This document shows, piece by piece, positions 25,401 through 40,339 of a stretch of DNA of 64,000 nt (position 1 is its first letter; each line of letters opens with the position of its first letter). This stretch comes from Catajapyx aquilonaris (lineage: Eukaryota). The notes under the pieces were generated by a model that ran no database searches, had not been told where the DNA came from, and saw only the letters and a program-made list of their open reading frames with translations. The translations under genes and the position numbers were made by a program. The stretch spans positions 1-64,000 of the forward strand of contig KZ538303.1 in NCBI GenBank assembly GCA_000934665.2, written 5' to 3'.

Positions 25401-28400
25401 CCCATGCACAGAAGGGCAGCAGGTTCTTTCCTCTCTCTTTTTTTTCGAAAAAAAAAAATCCACCAGAAGCAGAATTTAGTGGCAACTTTTGGAGAGAGCG
25501 GCTTTCATTTTCAATGCACACCCACTTTTCAGGACCGCAACTTGGTCTCAAGTTGCGATGTAAACTTTTAGCCAGGAAGGGGCTTGAACTATTTTGCATC
25601 CCCAATAGGCAGGACCAGGAAAAAAAAAGAAGGAATCAAACTAAAGCCCGGTTGGTTTTGTAAAACCAGACTTAACTTTCCCTTCTGCCAGTGTTTCGTG
25701 AGAAACTTCACTCTTGGCTGAGGCCGGCAAACGCATTTGCCTTCCAAATCCTCAAGAGAACACAGGATGTATGGGAAACGATTCAGCCAAACTTCTAGGG
25801 TTAGAAATTGTCGTTATGACACACCCTGTACAATCCTTGCATTTTACCCGTGGCAATTTATTCAGCCAATTCTACCTTTTCACGTTCACTTATCCAAATC
25901 CGATCGTGAATGTCACGAAAATAGTCCTACGCAATCCGTTACCCAGTGTTAGGCGCCCACACACCTGACGTAATAGCCTCATGGGACGGCCGAAAAAAAT
26001 ATATAATCACAGTTCCTCACACATTAACCTCAAAGCGCAATACAGTACCTTTGAAGCGGATTCAATTTAACAGACCCCTCCAAAAAAAAACCCCAACGGA
26101 TATTGGGAGGGAAACCAGAGAGCTCTTTTGGAAATAAAGGAAAGAGTCAATAGCAGAATGGATGGGTCGCCAAATGAGTGGAAATTCACAATATCAGACT
26201 GTGGCCATTCTGTCGTATGAAAAACCTTTTCAGTTTCGAATTGAAATTGGGAGCCAATCCTGTCCAGTGGCGTGTGACTCATTCTGAAAGCATTAAACAC
26301 GTGCTGAAATATGAATGTGGTGAAAAATTATGAATTTGAAGAAAAAAATCACCAGCTATTGATAAGAGAACAAAAAAGCTGTAATACTAATAAAAATGGC
26401 AATGTAGAGATTGGTGATATTACTCTAAATTGCATTAAAGTTGATTTATGCATCGCATTATTGTTCTTACATTCGATTCAGACTGTAGGAAATAGTTATT
26501 TCCAAGTAAACATCCTTGATGGTTTAAAGACGACTCCATCTGGAGGCCAGCTCATCGGTTGTTCACTGTAAAGATAAGAAGATGAATTTTAGACTATTGG
26601 CTTTACACATAATATTGCAAATCACTTTGAAAATTCAAATACCCTACAGAAACATTCGGAATCTCACAACGAAAAGGACTCAGATAAACACGTCAACTCA
26701 AACCAACAGTGTTAAAATCAACCCAAGCGTTACTGATTCGCGTTTCTCGAGATTACATCAGCTTAAACCCTTCCAGCAGAGTTGAAGAGTTCGGACCCTC
26801 CTTCCAAAGTTGATTTCGATTTTAATTGCAGAAGATATCTTCGGGATTCAATTCCCCCCCGACTTCTGAAACCACCCGTTCCATTTTGAAGAGGGGAATC
26901 AATTACCAAAAGGGGAGGGTTGGTATATACGTATAGAAAAGACGCCGACGGTAAATCTCTCCTCCTCTGGGAAAAGAGCTCTCTTTTCTCTCTGACGTCG
27001 TCGTCTCTTCCTGGCTTCACCACCACCACCAGCAGCGCTGAAACAATTCTTCCGGGGCGTAATTTTAACCACACACAAAGTCTGAACCCGGGGCCAATGG
27101 GAAGGGCAAACATTGGGATTAGAGCAGAGCAAGGTCAGCTTTCTATCTGTCGATTGTAAGCCTAGTCCCATCCGATTAATAACCTAGTTACAGAAGCTTC
27201 CTCCCGTCATTATCTAATTACTCATCAGGCTACGAGTGAATCCAGTTACGCCTTTTTTTTCGAAGCAAAACCTTGTATAGTAAGTGATCTAGGCGACAAT
27301 GAGTGACGGAAATTTTCTAGTGTCTTTCAAGGTTTAGATAGTTTGTTCCGTGTATCCAAGTATGCTCGACTGGACGCAGCATGTCAGTTAATTAGTTTAA
27401 TGACGCCGCCCACGCCGCCGCATAAACAAGCTTGTTTAATTGCCAGTGAACCGGGCAAGTCCATGCGTACAGGGTGAGGCAAGATCTCAGCATGTTCGAT
27501 AAATATTTATTGCATAATATTTACATGAGATTTCTAATAAAACTTGGTAATTATGCATCGAACGACATTTATCTGTAAAAAAAAATCATTACTTGACGTT
27601 GAAACATATTTTCAAAATATCTTGTCAGCTATTTACATTGTACTGATTTTTTTTTCTGTACATTGAACAAAACCAATATTAGTAATATTTTGGGAACTGT
27701 AGAGTCGTTTATGTAATACTCTGATCCACCTTCGACCTATTGGTGGGGATGAGGAAGAAATTCCGTGACGATGAACAGAAAAGGTTAGATACAATGAAAG
27801 GTCTGACCCAAAGACTATCGGAAGAAAAGGAATTCCCCCTCCCCCCCTCCTCCAATTCCATCCCCTCCTTTTCCTCTACCGTACCCTTTATTTCCTTTTT
27901 GGAGTTTCTGCCTCTTCGAGGGGAAATCTCTCCAGCTCTACGAAAACCCATTAAAGGCGGATGCACATCTGAAAAGCATCTCTCCTGGCGGGATTTGACA
28001 CAAAAGAATCACTGGGGGAAAAAAGTATCAACTCAGAAATGCAATATAAACTACTTCGAATTACACACGGTTTTTTTTGTTGTTTGTACAAAAACTAGTG
28101 GTATTGCCGATCTGGGACGTCTGAAAAGTGGTTAACGCAATCAGCGCGAATGATGTACTGTACAGGTGGTTCAAAATACCTACTGTACGGTCGATTAAAA
28201 AATTTATGAGTCTCTATGGGAACAACTGGCATATTTTTGCATATCATTATATTTCATCTGTGATTATTTGCAGTTTTTTTAAAAGTTTCATCTTTAATTT
28301 TTTTGCACGACTTCAATGACACATTGACAAAGCCGTTCATCTTTTATGTTTGGCAAGGAAATGTCAACGTGCCGTGGCTCGGATGTAACGTTCAATAGAC

Positions 28401-31400
28401 TCTGTGTTAGTGACCCCTTTCCGCGTAAGTAGAGATGGATTAATTTCGAGTCACATCCACTGCATATCGCTTTACCTTGAGTGGACTCCTTTGAAACCTC
28501 GGAGACCCTTCAACCACAAGCTTGCAGCCCTGAAATTCGACCATAACATGTTTGCCGTCGTCATGTTACGTGCTTCAAGTGTAACAAAATCCTACGATCC
28601 TTTATTCAACCAGTAATGCGCTTGTAACATCAAAATTGCGTGCACCTAAAATATCTAAAGTCATCATTCATTTGTTTGTGTACTCATTAACCTTAGAATG
28701 TTTTATAACCCGATCAATACCCCGCGTTATTTCGCCTTCGAGTCTATCTTTAGCCACCAACAGCTATTTTGGGTAGGGTCACTTCTCAACTTTTATCTAA
28801 GCGACGCCCCCCATTTGATAAAGCCCTTAGAAATCACTGGTTTAATCTACCCATAACCTCTAGGTCCTATAGTCTGAACTCTGAACGTTTGCAGCGGAAT
28901 AAGGAGCGTGGGCGGAATATTACTCACTGCATAATCAGGTGAGTCTATGGATCAGCCTGGAGAGAACCAGCCCGGAAAATGATACCAAGTTTGCATACAT
29001 AGAAAGGCCGCGTTTTCATGCTCTAATTTTCATCCTGCTGCACTATATAGCAGTTTGTTCAGTATATTATTCGTAATTTGTGGACTTTGCCTAACTTGTC
29101 AATTTCCGGATACACTGTACTGTTCTTTTAAAGCCGGAACTCCGCACTGATGCTTCAATACCGACGTAGATTATGCGCAAATATTCGATGAAGGTTGGTG
29201 CAATTTTTCGAAGCATGATGAACAACTTGAAATGACGTAACTGTTGGTCAGTAAAAATAACAAAACCTATTTTCATCTGACCGCTTCACACGGAATATTT
29301 ATTGAGCATATATCTTCTGTAATAATTATTACACGTTCCCTTTGACCGTTATGATTGTGACATTTTAAACGGTAGACAAATTTTCATCCCACTGCTAGGT
29401 ACTGATGGTGTATTACCGGTGCCAACATTGGTACTGCTAAGTTAGCAGTAACTATACCAATGGTACGAAAATTCCACCCTACGTCTTTACTTTTTCAAAT
29501 TAAGTTGAATCACTCTCATACATTAAAAGGAATCATATTTATGGACGACAGCAGTTCAGTTTTCATAATCAATTCACAAAACTGCCGCTTTAATTCCAGC
29601 AAAAAGCAATCAGTGGCCCCCACTCAATTCGCAACACCCCAAAAAAAGAAGTAATGATCAAGATTTTGCGCACTTGGAAGTTTGTATTTAAACACCGCCA
29701 ATGGTAAGTAAAGTTATGTGACTCTTCCGCCCAAGATAGAGCAGCCTGCCCTTGCCTAAAATCCTCTCGAGCTTCGAGAAATTTCTTCCCACACTTTCCT
29801 TTTTTTTCTTTCCTTGGCCGCGTAATCGATGCCTTCTTGATACGAAGAAGCTGCAGAATCCCTGGCCGTATAGCAAGGATCCGACGGCCCGAGTAATTGC
29901 CTCGCGTTCCTACCTCAACTAACTCTCAAACACTCCGCTCCCATTTTTTTTTCCTTTACAACCACAGGGTGTATCGTAATTACTAAAACTTGGCACAATC
30001 ATTTCCCATCTTGGAGTATAAACGTCAAAAACCGTCCATTGTTCCCTGGTAGCAAATCCCAGTGTCAATATTATGGCCCGACGTCATGTTTGAAGAGCGC
30101 TTTTCCAAGAGAGTCCTATGGCACTGGTTGCTTGCTCACAGACACCGAATCGAAAGCAAACCGCCAGGGTTTGATTAAGTCTCAAGACGAGCTTTCCGGT
30201 CGCATGACACGCCCCCTGTGTACAGTTCGAAAGCGCTGTGTGCCTTTGCTCACTTAGTTGGCAAAGTCTGCTGCACTGATTGCACGGACGTCAATTAAGG
30301 TCGGTACCGGTATGTATCCCCCTAATCACACGTTCGTGCCACATTTTTAAAATATGCAGTTTTGAACCTACTAATTTTTTTTGTCTGATTTTTCCCACAG
30401 AGTTCAATGCCCTGATGCATGATCAGAAGTGACTAAAGAATGACTAATTGCGCTCAATATCGAGTCCACGTCTCTTTTTGTTTTGTTTTCTGAAAAGAAG
30501 CGAAATGGTCGCATTAATCATACGGATGACAGGTCTGCATTGTTTGTCTTCCGAGCTAGGAACCTACCGTAACGTCCAACACGGCTTATGGGTCTATGAC
30601 CTTTCATATCTCTCGCCCAAGCCGACTAATAAAGTCCTTTTGCTACACTCCGATGGCTGTTGTTCAAACTGCGTTTCATCTTTCGGTCGAGTCAACATCG
30701 CCTGCTGGGAGTTTCTCGGTGTTAATACCGCGCAAAATTATGGCAGCTGGATCCAATACCTTAGTGTCAATGACATCCGACATGAGACGTGCTTCCGCAA
30801 TATGCGAGTCCTCCGCAAACATTTGTGAGGATCAAAGAAGGCAACAATGTGGTCCTTTGCAAAAATCAGGCTCTGATTCTTATAAATAGCGGTTGAGCTT
30901 TAGAAAGAGGAAATTGACCAGGGTCCAGAATTGAAAGTTCATGGACCAGTAAAACAGTCGTTTCCATTCCGGTTGGTGAGATCCGCAGCTCATTGGGTCG
31001 GGTTGGAAACGCCGCGGGTCATTTTCTATTAAGTCCGATCCACTGGATAGAAACAACCTGGAGCCCAAAAAAGGAGAGGATGAAGAGAGAGAAATATATA
31101 TAAAAAAAAGGCCTGGAGGAGAAATGACACTGGGACCACTGGGAGGTAAAGGCGACCAGAATTCGCATCACGTTCGCTCCAAAGGGCGTCTGTCCTCTGG
31201 TGGGATGGAAGTGTACGGATCAGTTGACGCCGGACGCGACATGACAGGCACCCCCCCAAAAAAATACGGGGGACCACAAAATTTGACGTGAGCATCACAA
31301 GCAGTCTACACATGGAAAATGCAATCGGGGCGCAAAATTGCAGTGCTTACTAAATCTGAATGCCAAGTTCTCCGATCGCTATTCTCGGCGGCAGTGTTGA

Positions 31401-34006
31401 GCAATTCGCTTCAATTCCGGAAATTATCTTACTTACCCTAAGGGTGCGAACAATCAGGTGAAGCTCTGTATTTGTCAGGTGTGCGAACATTAAGCAAGTC
31501 ATTCAACGTCTATTCTAGTTATTGTTAGGTAAATAATTGTGGCCCAAGACATTCAAAATAACAGACCTACTCTGAAGAGTTCGGTCTACTGTGTGATTGA
31601 TAGTATCAAATGTCCAATCAACTGCACACTGAAAAACAAACAAATGAAACGGAGCTTTTTTGGGAGGTCCTTTTGTGTGCAAACAGCGGGGGTTGGGGTA
31701 GTGAAAAATGCAGCGTCTCATTTTCAGCCAGCACATTTGGTCATTCCGGTCCATCTCACTTGCAATAATTGCATGGCCCATACAGAACAGCGGAGCTCGT
31801 TTTGAATATTATGACCTGATCTATTAGAGCCAAAAAAAAATGGAGCCCGCCTGTGTGAGAAATTAACGTCCTGAGTTATACCTGCACTTTGCCCGATAAC
31901 GATTCGCGCATAGCGCAGCAATCCGATATTTTATGAAAAGAATTGCATGTTATGAGCATGAGGGCGTGGAATTTCCAATTCCATTCTTGACTTAGAACAA
32001 ACTGTGCAACAACTATTGGTTTTGAAGCTCATCGCAACTGATTCTCCGACTCGCGAGCTTATATACCAAAGCCCCATTGCACTTACGACGATTAGTTAAG
32101 AGCAACTGTACTTTGAAATGTTCATACCCTTATATCAAGTAGCATTGCTCTGTGAACGTTGGCACAAAATAAGATCAATCATGTACAGTAAGTACTGTAA
32201 CATTCATCCTGATATGCAGGCAACCGCACGTCTGTACAACGTGTGACATAACATTCAGGCGTTTAAATGCTGCTCGCCAGAGAATGCCAACAATATTATT
32301 ATTTAATAATATTTTCTAAAATCAATAAGGTTGATTATATTGCCTGAGTGTGTCCTTCCACATATGTTCAAAATAGGGGTTGGCTCCCCTATATCTACTG
32401 GAAATGAAATACTGAGGTCGGTTGAGTGTATTATGAATGCGAGCGTTCAACTACTGCTCCACAAAGCTGGTGGCTTTCCCATGATGGTGATTTACTGCGT
32501 TACGCCAGCAAATATTTGTCGTGCACACGGCTTATACAGGACATCGAACTGCCACGTGCCAGTTGTAAAGGGGACTTTTACTGTCACCTACGTAGTGCGC
32601 TAGCTCGTCGAAATGTACCATATGCAAATGTTAATAGTTCACATCCGGATGTTAAAAATAAGTAATAACTATAGACCTTTCTCATTAGTGTTGCTAACTC
32701 ACTGCCTGTAATTATTATTCCAGGAGGCACCCAGAAAGACATCATTATAGTCTCTATACATACTGCATGTATAATCACCAGGCAAGTCGCAAGTGTTGTG
32801 TCACTCTAAAATTTTAACAGCAGTAATTACAGCATGTTACTTCTCCTAAGTGGTACCCTGCAAATTCCGACACCATCAAGTCTTCCAAACTTGTTCATTT
32901 AGTGGAGATGCCCTATATTTCTTTTTTTCAGACGTGCAAGCTGGTGCAGGGTGCAGTGAATATACCCGGAGTAATTTCCCCACTTGGCCGGCGTCGTAAC
33001 CCTAACCGGTAACGCCCCAATAGATCCGTAACATCGTCGTCCGCAGAGTGGCCCGTAAACAAGCAGAGCTCGATAATGTTCCATTCCTCAAATCCCAAAA
33101 TATCGTGACGGGCAATAAAGGGTCAAGGTTAGCGTGTCCGTGTTAAGATCAACCGATTCTCTCTCTCTCTATCATTATTATTACAAAGTTAGCTAGGTTG
33201 GAAGGCCGCCCGAAATGGTGCCGAAGTTTTCTATCATTCCGGATAATAATTATTCTATTTGTAATGACATGTAATCCGGTGAGTGATAGGGTCGTAAACA
33301 GGGGCGGCGGCGGCGTCAAAATCCTTCATTACTGCGCATTTTGTGAAGAGAGGACAGATCTGCAAAATGGGGGACGTGTGAGTGTGCCAGTAACGAGCTT
33401 GGGGTTCGCAGAACTTTCTGGACTGTCCAGGTTGTCCCATCGGGACTGTCCGATGCCGTAACATCGAATGACAAATGACGACAGCTGCGGCAAAAAGCTC
33501 CAGCGAGGTGGAAGGCGATAAAAACCACGCCCGAGAAATAAATTCAATTACTTTTTTTTGTGTATGAGCCGGAGGATTTTTTTAAAGTTATCTCCCTGGT
33601 AACCTGCAGAAGAATATTCGCATTAAAAACAAAGTTGAGTACGCCCATTTCCGACAATGCAACTTTGGTGCGTCTCTTACACTATATAATGAGTGGCTGG
33701 TTCCCATGATATAAAGCAGGCGTGGCCTTGACTATTACTGAAACAAAGGCCTGGTTTTTATCTCTGGAAACTTTCGAGAATTTAATGTGTAATTTAAAAC
33801 GTCGTTGTTCTAGGAGTTATAGCGGGACATTGCCCGATAACAAAACCCTGTTTGCCAGGAAGGTAGCTTCAGAGGTTAACACCCACACCTTTCCAAAAAA
33901 AATAAAAAATAAATCACACCCAAAATTTTGAAATATGATTGTATGAACTTCTGGGTCGATGGCCCTAAATCTAACTTGAATTTTTTAAAATCATAAGTTA
34001 TTACAA

Positions 34007-34356
34007 ATTTTATATGATTGTTAATTATTGCATGTTACATGAAGTGGTATCGCACTATACAACAGCTTCATTCATCCTATATTAATTGACTCTTAATTTA
34101 TACGCAGTAAGTTGGACTTCACCTATCAAGAATGTGACGAAATGTTTGTGCAATTTTTAGCAATTATTCGTGCTAAAAATTGCACAAAATTCACATTCTT
34201 TGTAGGTGAATCCCCATTACTGCGTCTTGGAGTCAATTAATATTGGAATTTAATGAAACTGTTGTACAGTGCAATGCCACTTCATGTAATGTGCAATTAA
34301 CAAGCTGCATATAAAATAGCACGTATAATTGCTAAAAAAAATTGCACAAACATTTC
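34007..34356. repeat. ~310-bp imperfect fold-back (MITE-like or inverted duplication) plus an extra inverted copy of its centre
   Basis: The left arm ...TTACATGAAGTGG...ATATTAATTGACTC...TTCACCTA...TTTGTGCAATTTTTAGCA is mirrored after an 8-nt loop out to 34317. Positions 34318-34356 are approximately the reverse complement of 34139-34174. Confidence 0.9.
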
Positions 34357-37300
34357 TTGCAGCCTTCTGGAAACACTAATTACAACCGGTTGCAACTTCC
34401 AACTTCTCCCAACCCAATAATATTACATAACCCACCGAGCTTCACTTTTTAAGGAGCCATTTTATGTGAGTAACAACCTTCAGTAAATTATCACTGTAGA
34501 ACACGGCAAATTCCATCCTCGGACACCTGCCTTCTCCTAACGACCTCCATTCCTTCCCTTGGCAGTCAACACCAGGTGACAATTATGGCCCTTTTAACCA
34601 GCCCGTGAAAGTTTCGCGTGGACCACCCCTATGTGTTAGCCTTCTTCGCCAGGTCGACACTTGATTATAAAACACCGTCCAAATCAGTGGATTGGACTTG
34701 ACGTGATCTAATTTTTGGACCATTGTTGGCCCTTTCGTGACTCCTTATTCCTTCCGCCATGCACGCTATCCGAAAGAGAGGGGGGGTTATGCCCATGGGA
34801 AGGTCAAGTGGATAGGGATCCCAAAAAAGAGAGGCAAAATGTGTGTGGTTGGAGAAGGAAAGCTCCAATGCACTTGCGCGTGTTATGTAATTAACCCCCC
34901 CACCTAAAAGTTAGGTAAGTCTGGAGCCAGCAGAGTTACGAAGCCTTGTTCATCTTTCCGGTGTGATAATAACCGCGACCACACGGGCCGTGGCTCTTCA
35001 AATTAAAACCCGGGGCCCCCGATCTCTCCAGGAAGTTCCTCGGGTAAGGTCAAGGTCGCGACCTAGAAGGGAAGGAAAAAAAAAATCCTCAATGGTGCAA
35101 TCCAGAGTTGGCTCGATCTATGGATAGATGGACGTTCCTCTACGTTTTTTTGTGTGTGTTTCTGATTTATTTTTTTTGGTGTGGGGTACGAGAGATCTGG
35201 AGGGAGCCAAAACACCAAGAACTGTCCCAAAATATTCTCAATGCGACAGACACATTGGAACCGGGCCAACCCCGCCGCCGGCATGGAACTCCGCTGCCAC
35301 TGCGGGATCCAGACCCTTAGTTGCCATGTTTCGCTTCAAACCGGTTCTAGGCACTGTTTTAAGCACGCAATTAGTACATAACCAGAACAAAATTATAGCG
35401 TAGAAAGAAACGCATTGTCAACACGACAATCAATTGAAATTATGATTGAAAAAATATCATCCACACAAATATGTCGTGCAATTGTGCTGATTTATTCACA
35501 AAAATTACATCTCTCGTAAAACCTTGAATTGTCATTTCATTTGGTCTGCAGGAAGCGTTCTATTTAAAAAAAATTTGGCAACAGCTTGGAGGGTAGCGGA
35601 TGGTGGGTGTGAGGGAAGAGCTGTCCCATCGATAGCAAGCTGTTAGAGGAGCTGTTACCCCGAACTTCCCCAGGCACAAATGCACCCCTCTTCCACAAAG
35701 TCTGCCACAACCCGATTTTGGGTCATCAGAAGTTTAACCCCCCCTCGATTATAATGGGGGGCTGTGTGTAAAAAAAGACACTTGACCTTTCGAGGTCTGG
35801 ACCCAAAAAAATCTGACCCACTCGGGAATATCTGAGGAAGATTAATCTTAGCAGCGGTTTTACCTGGTGGCAGTGACCTTGCCGGCTTCTTCTGAAATAG
35901 AAAAAAAAAGTGTTGGAGAGAAAGAAAGAAAAAACGATCGGATTGCTTTCGAAGAGAGAGTCATGCGAGACCTAAATTACTGCCCTTTTCCTACTTAATA
36001 ATACATGAATAACGAACCACAGAAGGCTCCGAGGAGTCTGGTTGGTCCGCTATAAATACGTCGCCTGCACGATCAAATATAAATGGCCAAATGTAAATTG
36101 GGAGTCACGGAATTCATTTTTTTTTTGCCATCCCTCAGTAGTGAGTTCACAGGGTGTTACCTGAGGGATTTTAGACAAGAGCTGTCCATATAAAATGATC
36201 TTTAACTAGAGCACCAGATTTTGTAAGGTTTGTTGTGGATACAGTGTAAAATCCACTCTATGTATGACACCATTTTGTGCAGCTGCGATCCTGGATACGA
36301 CGCAGGTGTGGTTATATTATGCACTTTCTTACACCGAGTTTATTGGAGCATTGCACCACTTTTTGAAGACCGGCAGATCAACATAAGCCTGTGATGAATT
36401 TCACAGCCTTTTCTTTCCATCCAAGCCCCTGAAAGAGTGAAGAGAGCTCTCTTTTCATCATGGAGGAAAATGTGTTTACTTCCCAGAGCCCGTAGCTTCA
36501 GCGCTTTTCATATGGAAATATCCCTCTTTTTTTTACTATTATTTCATTTCATCTTCACTGGTGGCAGGGGAAATGTGATAGGAGCCTGGAATTGCCTACT
36601 GCTTTAGGATATTCTGAAGGATTGACTACCGGATTGCTGGAAAAAGGGGGTATTATTTTATCTAACCCGTTAAGTCGCGGAATTGTCGGCTTGGGGGCAC
36701 TTCTGGCTGGTAGAAAAATAAGGAGGCGAAATTCATTATTTTTTTGAACCCTTTTTCTTGCCACACTAAAAGTTGATCTTGGCCACTGAAGGAAGAAACC
36801 CCAAGGCGCTCTTTTTAATCACGAAATTCCGAGGGATCAAAGCCGAAAAAAAGGAACTCTTTATTTTCAGATACTCTTTAATATTAATACTCCCCCGGAA
36901 AAGGCATCGATTGAACAAACCGAAATCCATCTTTTCTCCTGGGGTCCAAAATGCCATCTACAAATAATTAGAAAACCCAAAGGGCACAAAAAGTTTCTTT
37001 CTTCTTCTTAAGACGAGAGAAAAAAATATCTACGAATGTCAAAGTCTGCCCTCTACTCTCGTCATTTGGTTTAATTAGGCCTATACAGATGCTCTCGCAA
37101 ACTTTCCTTTGCAAAACCGAGTTTCGCAGAGGTAGGAAGAATGGGAGGGGCTCTACACAAGCAGCAAGTTTGTCGCATTTCTACGTGCCCTGAATCTTCA
37201 AATTTAAACTAACCGTCGCTCCAAAAGCATTGACAAACTCTGCGTCACAATCAGGTTCGTTATTATTTTTTTTGCTCCCATACATTTTGAATCCAATGAC

Positions 37301-38627
37301 ACACACAAAAAAATTTGACGTGAGGTTTCCAACCAATCGGAATAATCAATCAATCATTCCTGAGTCAATGTCCGGCAGCCACATAAATCAGGGATTTAGG
37401 ACCCACGTAAAGGCAGGAAATGCCAGATAGCAATCGGATATATATCCCTTCACGGCAACCTGACATGCCCAAAATAATTCATACAGTTTTTTCCCCCCAT
37501 GCCGTAATACTGCGTAAAACCTCCTGGGTTTCCGGTCATAAACCTATCCAATATAATTATACTGACCGAAAACAGTTCGTGTCCTCGTTTCCTAAATTGA
37601 AAACAGTTTGCTTTGATGCCTAATTCCGTCCATAATTCATATATGTCCATATACGTATAAAGCGAGCTGACTGCCTCAAAGTGCTGGAAATATAATATGC
37701 ACACAAAAGGCACAGTTTGACAGTTTGTAATTTTACCGCTCATAAGTTATAAGAGATTACCTCCGGCTAAGTCGTACGTTTACAAACAGTTTTAGTGGGC
37801 AGTATAAATGAGTACAAGCCGGATTCTGAATATTCATGTTTATTGCCCTTGGGACGTTTTTTTTTTAAATTCTATGCATCTGATTGAAAGCTAAGAAGCT
37901 TTTTGTTGAAAAAGAAATCCCCTCTCCAGAGTACCAGGGGTGGATAACCGGATGGTAAATTACAGGCATTGAAAAGGTCCCATATGGTGCAAAAACAGGC
38001 CGTATCTTTTGAATCGGGGCAAAACCCTGATGAAACAGTCGTGTTTTAGTTCTTGCAAAATAAATATCTGCCGCATGTCGATAATGGCACAAAGCTCTTT
38101 TTAATGTATTTTTTTTGTAGTCCTATTCTAAATGATTCTGGCGGCTCTTGTGAGCTATCTTTATTAGCCTTGACAAAAAGCCTGTTGTCGTCTGTCCACT
38201 TGACTTACTCAGTCGGACGACAAAGGTAACGGGCGACCCTTTTTCTAGTTCAGTCTGTCCAATTTAATGCCTCCTTTATTTTGAATCGTGAAGTCGGTTT
38301 TTTGGCTTTGATGTCTGGTTCTACTGGGGACAAATTTGAGGCTTGAATCGGGACTCAAAAGGTCGAAAAATTAGTACGAATTTATGCCCTCCTTTTTTTA
38401 AAGCTTTGTTATTTCTAGGAATATTTCACCTAATAGGCTTATTCTCTCCGTCGGATGTTTGTCCGACCTGATAGTATCGCTATCTCTCGCACGACTTGAG
38501 GGTGACACAAGTGTGCCATATATGCGTGAAGAATAGTACTAGCTGGTAAATCGACGGGCCAGTTGTTTGATTGTCACTATCAGGTTTTGCCCAATTTTGG
38601 CAACAGCTTCACCCATGTTTGCACGCC

Positions 38628-38910
38628 ATTAGCTGTGGGGACATGGCTAACACAACTTTTGAAACCTAGTTTGTCCTAACATAAACTATGCTAACTTAAC
38701 CTAACCTAACCTAACCTATCCTACCTAACCTACCCTAACTAACCTAGGCTGAGATAATTGGTTTTAAAAGAGACCCAATTGTGGGGACATGTCCCCACTA
38801 AAGCAGGACGCAACAGGTGAAATCAATTGTGGGGACCAGAAATGTCCCCACAATTTGAAAATGTCCCCACAGTTACAGTTAAAAGTCCAATTTCCGTCCC
38901 CAGAGCTAAT
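38628..38910. mobile_element. MITE-like non-autonomous element carrying a (CCTAA)n tract
   Basis: Terminal ATTAGCTGTGGGGAC (38628-38642) and GTCCCCAGAGCTAAT (38896-38910) are inverted with 1 mismatch in 15. The interior has repeated TGTGGGGAC/GTCCCCAC motifs and a CTAAC run at ~38690-38746. No clear target duplication. Confidence 0.6.
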
Positions 38911-39286
38911 TGAAGACCCGTACACTAGTGTGGTAATAATCGTCATAATAACAACTTCCATTTTTGTACTGCACGTGGCCTTTTTATCTCCAACGTCATG
39001 TAGAACACTGTGCCATATACCATTAATATTCCTCCAGATTTTGCCAAAAATTAACGTCATGCACACACAAAACCGCGATAAATGACCTTGAGCAAAAATT
39101 CCTCCCTCATTGGGAATCCAAAAATTGGCTCACTTCCAAAAATATGCTCTTTTTTAATAATATAAAACCGGGTTTTGCCGCATCTTCCACAACTTTGCAA
39201 AAAAAAAAGGGACGAAGTAGTGAGCATGCGAGGTAGTTGGTGAATGGGGAAAAGGCTGTGGGATCAATAAGTTGGGGGGGGGGGGG

Positions 39287-39361
39287 NNNNNNNNNNNNNN
39301 NNNNNNNNNNNNNNNNNNNNNNNNNNNNNNNNNNNNNNNNNNNNNNNNNNNNNNNNNNNNN
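39287..39361. other. Assembly gap (75 N)
   Basis: N run flanked by a poly-G tract on the left and a poly-C tract on the right. Confidence 0.99.
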
Positions 39362-40339
39362 CCCCCCCCCCCCAATCCCTTACCATCCTACACAGGCCCA
39401 ACTCAAATTCCTGTGGGATGTCTCCTCACAGGCCTAATTCCCCTTTTATCTCCAAAGGGTATGCACGTGGGTTTCAAATGACTTCATTTCCGGGGGCCCT
39501 AATTTTGAAATTGTTTGGTGCGATCGATTCGTTGAAGTTTTAAAACGAAATTATGGTATCGTAAATTAATTCTCTGGGGGGGTGTCGGGAGGAAGCACAG
39601 ACTTGCAGCCGGATGTGGGTGGGATCGTAGGAATTTCATTACTTTTTGGTTTCATATCATGGAGAGGTTCTAATGAGAGTAATCTTGTGCTTTAATTTTC
39701 AGGGCTGCAAATCTGGGAAACAGGCATATTCTAGAGGTGACCCATTTTATGTAATTTTGCTTGGCACAGATTTGGATGAGAAGTTTTCATCGCGTGGCTT
39801 CGGATAAGGAGAGGATCATATAGGTTGTCGACATGTTCACGTTACAATTCTATACACTTCAAGTTGTAGACAACAAGTAAACAACGCTATCCACCCTTGG
39901 CCTATTGAAATGATTACAGTCCTAAACCGTGCAGATAACAGATCATGCACACTGTACTGCACTGTAAATTCCCCTGCAGCTATCACACCTGCTAAAATGC
40001 AGATAAAAAAAAATTATGCCAGGGCCAACCGGTTTTCGTGTATGGTTTGCCAGAAAATAGTTAGTAACCGGATATCCCGTCTCCTACTACACCACCAGTC
40101 TGTCCCGATTTGTTAGAGCGAACTATCCGGAAAGAGCACGATATCAAGCCCTCCACCACGTGCAACAACCTCCAGCACGAATCCTGCCCACGTAATTGGC
40201 ATAACTGTTTCCTGGTGACCCCTCAAGGTCCCTTACGTAAAAGACAAAGACCAAACTTATCCCAGAAACAATGCGGCAAAAAAGATTGTCATAGAGTGAA
40301 ACCAGGTGAAACTGTGTAAAGCAAACAATTAAGCCGAAA

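Noticed and set aside
17833..28944. Consensus splice donors CAG|GTAAGT (17836) and CAG|GTGAGT (28939) as non-coding exons
   Set aside because: Such 9-mers can arise by chance in 64 kb, and no exon can be delimited without transcript data.
39274..39373. Poly-G / gap / poly-C as a long hairpin
   Set aside because: The interior is unsequenced. Gaps and the single N in this window all sit at G/C homopolymers, which suggests sequencing dropout.
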